Assembly (NCBI GenBank): GCA_977030845.1
Contig: OZ365109.1
Coordinates: 20,584,001-20,648,000, forward strand
Direction of reading: 5' to 3'
DNA length: 64,000 nucleotides
Source of the DNA: Fimbriosthenelais zetlandica
Lineage: Eukaryota
Below the pieces are notes generated by a model. That model was not told where the DNA came from and searched no databases. It saw only the letters and a program-made list of their open reading frames with translations. The position numbers were made by a program, and so were the translations under genes. Below are positions 1 through 11,640 of the stretch, piece by piece (positions within the stretch are counted from its first letter, which is position 1; the number at the start of each line of letters is the position of its first letter).

Positions 1-929
1 AGTACCCACTGTATACAATTTCTGGGCCTTGTATTCAGGACTTCCAGAGTGGCCCTATAGAGGTGGGCATAGCTACTTGCTGATGGGGATCGGCTTTGGC
101 TGTGCATAGGAAGCAGTGACAAAGTAACCAGAGGGATGGTCCTGGGCATGGTGTATTCATAAAGGAGAAGTGGCAATGTCACAGGGGCTCTCAATTGGCT
201 GCATCGAACGTGCAATGAGAAAGTGCTCCCCCAACATTTGCTAGTCAAATAAGAACAACCAAAGAACAGGTCCAACCCTTGCAAGAGTTTTATCATTTGA
301 AAAGCAATTTCTCACAATGTGAAACGCACTTGTTGAAGTCATGCAAGTGGGACTAACTAACTTATACATCTACAATTCAAGAGATTCTAGGGCCATTGGA
401 AACCATTGCAAATTGCATTTCTGTTGCGAGCATAAGCAGTTGCATGAGTGAGCGAGAGCTGAAGCTTGTTGGGATGGAGTGGGTGGAATATGGATGGGAC
501 ACTAATATACAGGGCCACGTGTATGTGCCACATTTAGCCAAATGTATGGGAGACATGATTCTCCCGTCTGTGATCAACACCTGCGTGCCTTGCCTGGCAA
601 ACCCCCTCCAAGCCTTGCCTCACTTCAGATCAGTAAACCAGTTAATAGCCATTAAGAGGTTCTTCATTATAAATGGCAACAGCTTAAATCGGATCAAGCT
701 TTTCCAGCGGCAAGCCTTATAGTTCCCGTGGGGGATTTCCATACTATATTTGGGGAAACACCTGCCTATATAGAGCCTCGTAAAAATAATCCGCCCTTGA
801 ACAGCTTTGGGGGTGGTGGCTTATCCCGTGAAAGGCGATCCATTGCTCCGATCATCCGTCAGAAATATTCAATTTTCCATCAGATACTCCACAATGTCTG
901 CTTTAATTATTGATTGCCAAGGCCTTTTG

Positions 930-1480
930 GTTTGAAAAAAGCTCTATTCGATTACAATCTGTCAGACTGGTTCATAATTCTCCCAACTGAAATCATCATA
1001 GTGTGGGTCACCAAAGACAGGAAGATATGATTGGGTTTTTTTCAATAAAATGCTGTTGCCAAAGGGAATTTGCCTCAAAGCACAAAATAATTAAGTATGT
1101 ATGTGAGAACTCCCAGTTGCCAAACCTCTTTAAGTGCAAATTTCCTTCTGATATGAAATATATGACATGATGGTTCCACTCATCCTTATGTTTGCACGAG
1201 TTCATCCCTTTGATACTTCAAATGATTTAGATGCTTTGTTACTAATGAGGGTGCACTTGGACATAAATGATACCACAAAGAGTATTTATATATAAATGTA
1301 GGTTATGCCTACAATGAGAATGGCCGGGCAGGTTCCAACAACAGTGCTCAGACTTTGTCAAGAAGCTTCGAAAAGTGGAGCAGAAAAATATTTGTGTAAA
1401 GGAGGTATTCAGCAATCGAGGGTAAAAATGTAATAACATACTGGATATGAACATTATTGATCCAGCTGACAATTGTTTTA
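930..1480 (+). mobile_element. Highly decayed Penelope-like retroelement fragment
   Basis: Manual translation gives LKKALFDYNLSDWFIILPTE (cf. Penelope ..ALK.L...DIIILPADK) near 930-990 and NSA/DFVKKLRKV (cf. KNS.DFV.KL) near 1340-1380; stops and frameshifts between them. Confidence 0.35.
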
Positions 1481-1755
1481 ATAGTGCTAAATATAAGATA
1501 TGTCATATACTATGTACTATACATGTATACATGTACATTTCCTATAGGCCTAACCTATATAGCAACCGGCACTTGCTCAGAAATGGGTTGTATACACAAT
1601 TTTAATGTTGCAAGTAAGTTCCAATTAAGTGCCAAATAATAAAAGAGAAACACATTTGGCAAGAAAACATGGCTTTCAAAGTCAACACCGAACATATAAT
1701 TGCCATTTATGAGAATTCCAACCAGAAAAGAAAATTACCCCTCTGGCTTTCATAC

Positions 1756-1978
1756 CAGTGTGTCGAGCTGGGAAGAAAATAACTTGAGTTTTGATCATAA
1801 TGAATTCTGATTGAACTGGGATTTCCAGGAGCTTGGAAGCCACCGCTGGTTTTTCATTCAGATGTGCTTGAGGCTGCAGTGCGTGGAGACGATATCCAGA
1901 CCCGTAATGCTCCATCAGGAAAATACTGTCTCCCTGAACATGATGGATTCCCTCGGCTTTTTCCTCTGTCCACTTCCA
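1756..1978 (-). CDS. Candidate internal coding exon, unknown product
   Basis: Lies in the 163-aa minus ORF 1682-2173. Acceptor caatcctaccag|TGG at 1979|1978 and donor CACTG|gtatga at 1756|1755. Reads WKWTEEKAEGIHHVQGDSIFLMEHYGSGYRLHALQPQAHL...; no family recognised. Confidence 0.25.
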
Positions 1979-4152
1979 CTGGTAGGATTGATTAAGCTTT
2001 TGTGTGAAAAATAGCCAGAGTGGGTACAGAAATAGAGTCACATTTAACCAGACTGGGTGTGCAGTGGGAGTGTTTTTTAGAAGCAAGCAGTCAGTCAGAA
2101 AGGGAATATTACACAGTTGGGCGGTCAGGATTAGTCTGTATGTTGCTGAGGTAGTTTTTTTCGTACAGGGCATTCTTCAGAGAGGCTGGTCAGGCGTGAG
2201 CTTGAGCCAGACACCTATCATTCATGCAGTGTAAGATCATATATCTCGACATTTTCACGCTTGTTGGACCTCCAACAAGCAAAAAGCTACTGATAGAGTC
2301 AGTTTATATGTCTGTCAGATGTTTCCGGTTGACTGGAATCATTCTGATGGGTGCAGAAACGGATGTCTGTTTTGTCTGTCACATCATTCAGATCGAGCTT
2401 CATAACAAATTCTACATAAACTGATGGCAAAGTTTATGTGAGAAGTGGATCGGATTTGAGGTATCACAGGTGCTGACACCAGTCACATATGCTGACACCA
2501 GGCAGACCAGTCGGCTCTCCAAATGGGCCAGTGTATGTTGCCCCGACCAACCAATGAACCAACAGATGGAAAAATGTGACGGAAATATTATCTGCAAAAT
2601 TTCGAAAATGTTGTTTTATCTGTCAGTCGGAGGGTATGTTTTAATAGCTCCACTAAAAACTCCCACATACATGTTTCTAGATATTCATGAGGCATTGTTT
2701 TCGGGGTCTTTCATTTTTCCACTGCAACCATGACAGCTATGGGTTATCATCAATTATTCCCAACAACCTTCATCTGATTGCTTTGTTTGCTTCATTATAA
2801 ATTTTGTAATTAATGACCACAGCAGCATAATGCTTGGGGGAATGACTTCATTTTTGAGAGTCAACAGTGGGTTCTATACTAAGAAATAATTTGTGCTTCA
2901 ACAATGATCAGGGAATGACCAGGTTAAAAAATACTTGCAATTCAGAAAATTGAAGGCAGACAGCAGAATTATCTCTGACAAATAAAATAACAGCAGTAGA
3001 ATGCAGAAATGTATTCATACTGATAATGTTCAAACTGATTTGAACAGGTTTGCCCATTGCCATCCTTTTAAAGAAATCCTAGACACATGTACAGGATAGC
3101 TCAATTAGAACAGTTTGGCAGGAAACTGTACATTCCCAGTCAAAAATATCTATCAAAACTACTTGACAGCATATCAATTGAAATTCTCATCCGAATTTTT
3201 GACAAAATGATTATGTGCTAGGAAAGCCACCGATCTTGCCGATAAGCACAGGCTCTGGAGAAACTGTTAAAAGGAAACCTAGTGGGTAATGGTTACAGCA
3301 TTTTAGGTCATTGTCAAACTTGATCAATCAGAATCCGCGACTCGGTGACATGATGCGGAAACTCCAATCAGTTATGCCATGCCATCTCCATCATCATCTG
3401 GCAGAATTTTTTCTCTGCATTACTCTCATCAGATGGTATGGCCTGTGGTGGTGATCTCGCCTTTCAATCCATTGTAAAGGTCAATGGATTGAAAACTGCG
3501 TTATAAATCTTGCATCAGATGTGAAAATTCACAAGATTTTATTTCACCTGCATTTGTCATAAAGATACTTGTGCATGTATACAAACAAAAGGAAAAACTT
3601 TCCCTGAAGTGGAAAAATTAAACTGGTGTTTACGCCTATTTTTCTATTATATCACGGTAAATGCATCAGCAATCAAAAGCAAAAATCCGTATGAAGACTT
3701 AAGTAGGAAGAACAAAACGGGATACATGTATAAAAATGTACTAGAAGAGCCAAAATGAACATTTGAGTGCAATAGAACAACACAAGTGTTGAATTCTTAC
3801 CAACACTGCTTCTCTTTTTACCAAAGCAATTGGCATTGTTTGAACTGCTGCTTTTGGTTGGCCTTCAGCAAGGTTGTGAATTTCCCCTGGGGAAACTGAA
3901 TAACCTTTAAAAATGAGAAGTCTGTTTTCCCTATACACCACACTATGGATTCCCATCACTTTCAATCCTACTATGTCTAATTACTAGCACAAAATCCAGG
4001 TGTCGTAGGCTGGGAAATGGACTTAAAGGCGTAGTCCAATAGATTATACTTAATTCAAAGGCAAACACATCAGATTATTATTCTTTCGCATGCAATTGAA
4101 TGATGCACTTTCAGAACTGTCTATACATATCTTAGGCTAGACTATAAATTAC

Positions 4153-4725
4153 CAACCTTTGACGAGCCTCTGGTAGCAGATCCTGTTGCTCCTTATGTCT
4201 TTTTGGCACTTGATTTGGGTCGATAGATTTGCTTCCACTAAAACTGTTTCTATTCGGAGAACTGACAGTAGAAGGGGGACCTGTTACAGGGGGCACGTTT
4301 GGCCCTTGTGGGGGCTGTCCACCAGGGGGCATAGACGGAGGTCCAGTTTGTTGTTGTCCACCTTGGGGCGTGTATCCACCCGGGACTTGTGGTGGGTATC
4401 CACCCGGGACTTGAGGCGGGTATCCACCGGGCACTTGGGGCGGGTATCCACCGGGCACTTGGGGTGGGTGTCCACCAGGTATTTGAGGTGGATGTCCACC
4501 GGGCACTTGGGGCCAGTCATTAGGGCCACCAGCAGTCAATGGCTTCTGAGCAGCAACATTGGGATTGTAACTGTAAGTTGCAGGTTTGGGACCGATGCTC
4601 CCTGGATTAGCTTTGGCTATTTTCACCCCGCGGGCAGCTAGCATGGAACTGCGGGTGGCTTTGAGCACACTGACAGGTTTCCCCTCTGACCAAACGACAT
4701 ACATGCTTTCTTTACTGCGACTCAT
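4153..4725 (-). CDS. Coding exon of a Pro/Gly/Gln-rich protein with PPQVPGGY repeats; host gene not identified
   Basis: Longest ORF in the window (197 aa to the stop at 4132). ATG in ggcaaaATGa context with an upstream in-frame stop. Six 24-bp repeats differ mostly at third codon positions in this frame. Possible donors at 4157|4156 (AAG|gttggt) or 4153|4152 (TTG|gtaatt), before the stop. Confidence 0.65.
4373..4516. repeat. 24-bp coding minisatellite, 6 copies
   Basis: Units such as tatccacccgggacttgtggtggg and tatccaccgggcacttggggcggg; encode PPQ(V/I)PGG(Y/H) on the minus strand. Confidence 0.95.
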
Positions 4726-5418
4726 TTTGCCACTTGTAGTCCAAAGGTAACAACTCCCGGCTCAATGCTGAGTTAGGACGACACATGCATGGCGACATTC
4801 AATTACTGCTTCAATTATTTTTCAATTATTACTTCTTGATTGCATGAAAACCAACAAGATTCAGAAGATGGAAAGAGGGCACAGTGATATAACTGATCTT
4901 CATATATATAATGTAGGAACATCCAAAATCACATATTCGTAAGGAGACCTGGCTTGCAATGGCTGAGGCTTCTGGTACTTTTTCCTTGATCCTGGCTGAC
5001 AAATACAAGCTGGATAGGTCTATCTAATAAGCAGGCATGCCACCTGAAATTTCCTCCAGGGCTGATTAGGTAGTCACTTCTGAATAAGACCTCAGAGCTA
5101 AATCCACTCTGTGTGTCCTTACAGGTGTTGGTTTCACAGGTAGGTCCTGTAGGGATTAGGAAAGCTTCCTCCGGAGTCTGTTGATCCTCCAGGTGGTGGT
5201 CTCATTAAAAACGGGCTAACATATCCTCCTTCCGACACTGTACATACATCTGTAATAGCATATCAAATAGTAGGTCCTCCTGGGAAAACTTGGAACGTAT
5301 ATCACTCCATGCAGTCCAGCAAAACAAAGCAACAAAAACTGGACAACATAAAAAATTTAACTGGACCGGAATGGACAGGGTCCCAAGGGTACTAGAAAGT
5401 GTACCCCATCAGAAGGCA

Positions 5419-5607
5419 ATCTGCAGGAGACTGGAGCCAATTTCCAGGAGACTGGAGCCAACCTGCAGGAGACTGGAGTCAATCTGCAGGAGACTGGAGC
5501 CAGTCTGCAGGAGGCTCGTGCCAATCTGCAGGAGGCTGGTGCCAATCTGCAGGAAACTGAAGCCAACCTGCAGGAGACTGGAGCCAATCTGCAGAAGACT
5601 GGAACCG
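5419..5607. repeat. 21-bp minisatellite, 9 copies
   Basis: Consensus atctgcaggagactggagcca with exact 21-nt period; translates as NLQETGA or ICRRLEP heptads on +. Confidence 0.95.
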
Positions 5608-6469
5608 AATACAGAGTTGGCTCAGTCCACTGAAGATCTGGCTGGCAGGAAACAAGAACCACTCCTAATAATGTCGATTTTCATATCATATACAGTCAGG
5701 CAATTACTGTCATCATCCTAAGGCATTCCAAGTAGATTTTAATGTATGATCGATCACTCCCATCAATCATACTACTGGACAAAGTTACTGTAATAAAAAA
5801 AACCCAGCCAACAAATGATACCAAAGAAAAACATGGGGGAAAACAGACTATCCCCTCTATGGAAATATATACAGGATTGTATGGCTGAAAGCTATCCTTA
5901 GGTCTCCGAATAACTTGCTTAGTTATACCTCAGGGATTCCTGCTATACATATGTATAGAACCTGCGGTGGACCAACATAAGACCAGGGCTCTGTTAAACA
6001 GATCTTCCTTCAGGGACTTTTGAAGAAGCATCTCTTCAAAGAGGAAGGGATTGAACACCTGGTCACCACCGGCTCCAGGGGAGTAAGGGGGATGTCTAGC
6101 GGAAGCCTGGGATCCAATGAGGTGTACCAGAATGGGCCTACAATAGCAGTAATGTCAGCTTTTTACCAGTGCTCTTGGGGGGATAAACAAGGATTTGCAT
6201 CGCTATAAGCTGGCACCAGAGTTCCCAGCCGGGTGGGAACCACCAACAAAGCAATACAACCTTGGTGTGTTAAATATTCATCTCTATAGCTGCAGGACAA
6301 ACACCCTCAAGATGAATTCCCTACTTAAGGCTCGTGTCCACTGGGCCATTTTCAGTTGGGTGTCAGGTCAAGTTGACCTGAACCACTGTAAGAAAACAGC
6401 CAAATGCACATGAGCCTTTAGCCATGAGAATATCAATTATGAATATGGTTTCAGATCAGATATCAGATA

Positions 6470-6890
6470 ATGCCCAAACTTTGTCAAGATTATGAGAAGT
6501 TCTTGAGCATGCTAAATCATCTGCACATTGTCTAACACCAGAAAGGAATATTCGATGTGGCATCTTTGTACAGCAGAGGGGATACAAATCTGGATAAAAG
6601 CCAATATGGGACCAGGATTTCAGACCTAGTGACAGCCAATGTCATCTATACCATTGCATTTTATCTGTCTTCTGGCTTAGCTGCCCATGCCCCGCCCATT
6701 CCCATACGATAATAGCAAGTAATGCTGGGTGAAAGATCCCAGTTGAGCAATATGCAACACATCAGAGGCATGGCTGGGGGACTTTAGTGCAGTCTTGCTT
6801 TCACTGGTAGATGTCATATTATAGAATCGGAATGTATATTACAGAAATGGCAATAGTATCAGAGGTCTTTTATACATGTTTCCTTTTCAG
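6470..6890 (+). mobile_element. Penelope-like element reverse transcriptase remnant
   Basis: One frame with stops: QDYEKFLSMLNHL...FDVASLYS...QHIRGMAGGL*CSLAF...YQRSFIHVSF. This follows the order of Penelope RT motifs (KD...FL..L, FDVxSLY, YxQxxGxAMG, WxRYIDDIF). Confidence 0.65.
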
Positions 6891-9800
6891 TTTTTATGAA
6901 TGTTCTCAAAAGTATAGTTCTAACTCAAATTCCATTTGTGAAGGACTAAGGCATAAAGTGGGTTATGTATTTTATAGTCACATAATTAGCAGTGTCCACT
7001 AGTGCCCGAATAGAACTTTTAAGCTATAGTAATATGGGGAAGATATCACACAGATGGAACATGCAGTTCCATCACCAACTCGCAAAGTATTTGCAAAAAG
7101 CAATTGCACAAAATACAACACAATTCAATGGAATAGAGCAGGAGTTAAGAACCTAACCCCGATGTGCCTCTTTCTTCGCCTACCAGCCCTCTGAAGCCGT
7201 GGGTCACCAACTTGGATGCAAACAAATTCTGACCTCCTGCCCCTTAATCTTGAAGTCCACGAAGCCAGAGGCAAAGAACGTGCCTGCTGTACAATAGGAT
7301 TACAGAGAAGAGCCGAGAGATCTGTTTTCTGTAAAGCTGTAGTCATTGCTGGCAGTGTCCTGTCCTAGCATGGCAGGGACTGCCGGTAGCGTGAAACGCT
7401 GGCATGGGAAATGACATTGGGGGATCTTGCTCGGAGGATGTCGTTTTATGTAGATCCCCCAAGGCACAAAAGTTACCAAGTCAGTTCTTGCCTGTGTTCA
7501 AAGGTGAATCCGAGTCGTCAAGAGGGGCTTTGCATATGCTGCAACTTGAGGGCAAGGAAACATGTGTCACATATAATATGCAGGATTGATATAGGAGGAT
7601 ATGTGATTTTGCAATGACAGATTCAAGGTGAATTTGTATTATGATCCTTTTGTCTGGATTTTCCTTAAAGATACAGTTGGTGTTCTTATTCAATAATAAG
7701 CCCAGATTGGTTGTAACCTGGGGGATTGATCGACTGAACTGTTTTGCGTAGTTCCTCACAGTTTTTCATCCGCTCCTGAAATCATTTTCATGAGGGTCTC
7801 AGGATAGAATCAGAGGGCCATAAAACTCTGCTGAGTGTGCAGATTCCAAACACACAGAGAGAGGGGAAAGGGACTTTTTCCTGCCCTTAAAGCCAAGTTG
7901 AAGTGACTAGAATTCGATTGCCAGCTTGTCAGGCAAAGGGCGGTCATTCTAATTCTTGTAGCCACGGACAGGAGAATCTAACATGTGGCGCCTAGAGGTC
8001 GCCTCAGTGAACTTCAATAATGGTCTGGAGGGAGTCCTATAGTGGGTAACTAAATCAATTTCTGGGTTCAATTAGGGCGATTCCAATCATGGTACAAGCA
8101 TACTTAGGCTCTGCTAAAGGCCTTTTTGTGTAGAAACTGTAAAATTTGAATGGCTAGAGTATTACTTGGTGAATTCTATATGATTGGCAACTTAATAACA
8201 ATGAACAATGATAAAATTCTACAGCACTTGGACCTTTATTAATACGATCACCCTTAGGCATGAAGAGCCACCTGGTTTACTGTTTGGATATTGGAATCTT
8301 TGAACAGCACTGAGCATTTTTATGGTCGTGCTCATGGAACAGAAAATCTAAAAATCTAATCGGCTGGCTCGATTGCTGGTGGCTTTTTTTCTAAAGTTAC
8401 ATGACAAGACAAACGCAAGTTGTTCGCAGTCTGTTCCAACCATTGCTGAGATGGTTGTTAAGCCAGTGTCCACTTTAGTTATAGCATTAACCCATCATAC
8501 TACATTACCTCATTATACCATATAGGTCTATGCCAGGAACAACTGGAGAGATTGATGAGTATAAATTTCCCCCAGTTTACTTGGACCAATTATTGTAACT
8601 TAGCCAGTTAGTAAATGTGGGGCCTGAGGCCTGAGGGGATGACCAAGGGTGGCCTCGGTATCTCCTATTCAAGCAGGACATTAGGGTGACCAGGGTCTGA
8701 AACACTCCCAGTCATGTCTGGGCTAGTCTAGACTTAACTTCCATTTGTTCATAGCAGGCCATAAGCATCGATCTGTGCTCGGTAACTATGGCTTCCACTC
8801 AGTGCAACCTAGTGGGTTTTAGTTGAAAACTTTTTCAAAATAACTCTTAACTTGAAATGGCTCCCTCAGAATCTCTGACATGTTCCTTAGTCAGGGAATT
8901 CGCATTCATATAGCTAGTTTTCATGACGGATTCTCTTCTCAAACATTATTTCTTTCACAATGTATTCGCTAAGGCTCAGGTCATATGCTTTTCCATGGTT
9001 TATATTTTCCCACTATATACTTACGGTCAAATTGAAAACCGATGCTAAACAATATGCAGTATCTTTCAAAAGATATATTACAAATAACAAAGCATTTGCC
9101 CTTCTAGCTTAAAATGGCAGGTCCGAACAGAAGTCTAAATTCGGAATTTCGAATGAAAATATAACTGAACATAATTTGGGGGAAACATCAGAAATGAGTA
9201 CCCAAATCTGGTATTGATTAGTATTGTATTTGGGACTTCGTAGATCACTGAGCTTGGGAATACATGATGGTCTTGTCAAGTCAGACACTGTACTTTCCGT
9301 GAGCTATCCCCTAGAGGCTGGCGTATGGGGTTTAGAACTAATAAGTATATAACATCATAGATCGCACCCTCCCAGAGATCTCAGTTTCAGTGGGCAAAGT
9401 GGTGATTATCTCTTCTAATGGATTCAGCTGCTCCAAACCACCGTCCATTTACCCTGGATGGCAACTAATGGAAGTTCTGATGCATTTCCTATTCCTCTAA
9501 TCTCTCCTAGGCTCAAAATCTACCCTGGCCATTATGTGGAGGGAAAGAAAGAAGTATAGGAAAACATGAAAGTGGTATACAGCGCACGGCAGGGGGAAAG
9601 TGGGATAGCAGAGATGTTGCTGAATAAATTATCATATATTTAGAGATATTTAAAGGGCTATGGGTAGTGAGTTTTTCGGAAACAGAATTGCGGTTTCTTA
9701 TTTCAAAAAGGTTCTCACACACCAAGCTGAAGGAATCAGATAACATTTCTGTCATTGCAAAAATATATAAAAATTTCTGAGTGCGTTGACCGGTCAACAA

Positions 9801-11199
9801 TTTTGTATTTCTCTTATTCTTAGGACGAGAACAACTCGGAAACACGCTGTCGGCACACAATGGATGCCCTGAGCAAAATCTGACAAGTGGTTGCATGGAG
9901 TTGGTTGTTTTGGTGTTTGGATCAATCATGTCATAAATTCATGACTTTCATTGGAGTCCGGGATATATTATACGTATATCTCCCTGTAGTTAAACAGAAA
10001 GACTACCATACATATTAGCCATGCAGGGAGAGAAGGCGGCGGTCTTAAAATGACAATGACTCCCAACGACCTGGCTTATTGCACATTACTCGTACAGTCA
10101 ACCCTTCCTAGATGTGCACTGAGGGGCTAGTTTAGCCATCATCTCCACAATGCAGACAACAACAGTCTCATACAGTGAAGATATTTAGCCAGTGGTACTA
10201 GAAGGATTTGGCTGAGATGGGGAAATTATCCCTACCAGGAAATCACCCATCGGATATCCCTCATAGACTAGCTCACATCTAATAAATACCCTATTGTGAG
10301 GATAGGGAAACACGGGAGGACGGCAGGAGCAAATAGTCCGACTGGTAATACTGCCAGGCTCTTCTATGTTATTGCATTTTTAACGGGTCTTTGTGGAATT
10401 CGCAGGCAGCAATATGGCGTTGGCATTAATAAATCAAGCCTTCTCCTTGGTAAACCGCAGGAATCAGCCATTTTCTAAGCAATTTTCATTGGTGTCTATT
10501 CTCGTAATTCGAAGGGAATGAGTCGTATTGCATGGCAACGAGGGGAATTGTTATGTTCATTCAGAATATATGTAAATGTAAAAGGCCGAGGCATGATGAA
10601 CATTGAAATTATAGTTTCATTTTTTGTAAATGGGAGCTCAGGAATTAATCTTAAGGCGAGATTAAGCAATGGGAATCAAATGAATTCATCTGTTAAGAAA
10701 GAGGCTCAATGTGCGTTGAAATCATTACAGTTGGTGTTACAGTTGGGTTCCATTAATTTCCACTGGGATCAGTCGTTAACAGATCAGTCGTACTTAACAT
10801 TGTTTTGGTGTGGACACTTCTTTATGAAGAGTAGATGAACATACATCTCACGGTACCAATTAGAGGTAAACCACTTTTGAATCATAAGTCTCAAAATTCT
10901 CAATTAGATATTTATTCCAATCATCGATCCACATTGAAATAAAATCTAGTCTGCGCACATTACAAAAGGATAATTATTGCACAATTGAATAGTGACATTG
11001 TCTGACTCTAACTGTCCATACCACATAGAGACAAAGTAAGTATACAAGGCTACAGTGGTTTATGTCCCAATGGACTTGAGAAGTATCTTCCCGGAATGAA
11101 GCCAACTCGGAAACAATGAGAACGTCTGGGCAACAGAGCCATACACAAAGACTCCATAAATACAGCCAATGAGGGTCTAAACTCTAGTACATTCTCTTA

Positions 11200-11640
11200 C
11201 GAGCCAGTACATAGGGACATAGTACAACGGCCCATTGCCTAGACGAAAGTTCACTGTGCATTGTACCGATTGTTCAGACCGAAAGAATGGTATTGTAAAC
11301 TTATAATTTATATTATATATAGTGCACCGTATATATATAGTGGTTTGCATACAGGCTGCATGAAGCATTGAACTAAAATCATTGAGATGCAAGGCAATTA
11401 AAGATACACAGAAGGCCTTGGGATAATGGAATGTATCAGCAAAAATCAAGCCAGCTTTTTGGCTTTTAACCCTTCATACCATCACAAATTGCATTGATTT
11501 CCAACTCCAAAACGTGGCCGGCTAAGACAAGAGTCCAACTGGCTGCTATACCAATATATCAAGAGCAACTCGGGCCATGAGCTGCTCTATAGTCTTTGCC
11601 AAGACACGTTGTATTGAGAAAGGCATCTGTGTTTAAATAT
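11200..11640 (-). mobile_element. Penelope-like RT remnant
   Basis: GKDYRAAHG...GIAAS..LAGHVLELE...KPKSWL, then after a frameshift FADTF...LNDFSSMLHAAC...KFTI; corresponds to GKxYxQxxG, KPxxWxRYVDDTF and IKFT. Confidence 0.65.

Noticed and set aside
3463-3495. 13-bp hairpin tttcaatccattg/caatggattgaaa; similar small inverted repeats at 37854-37914 and 45681-45714
   Set aside because: Isolated, no TSD or other context; a few are expected in 64 kb of AT-rich DNA.
5125-5139. Plus-strand 15-nt micro-exon or AG|GTAGGT; likewise a 19-nt one at 48469-48487
   Set aside because: Short or interrupted pyrimidine tracts and no plus-strand host gene evident; expected by chance.
5419-5607. Short tandem arrays as CRISPR-like repeats
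   Set aside because: Units are head-to-tail with no unique spacers, and the sequence is eukaryotic.
5629-5653. CTGAAGA...GAAAC hammerhead-like spacing
   Set aside because: Stem II is out of register by one base and there are no stems I/III.
9513-9929. Other 110-140 aa ORFs (9513-9929, 14368-14727, 36495-36869, 38256-38624, 48582-48971)
   Set aside because: No recognisable motifs, coding-like composition or paired splice sites; consistent with chance or low-complexity ORFs.
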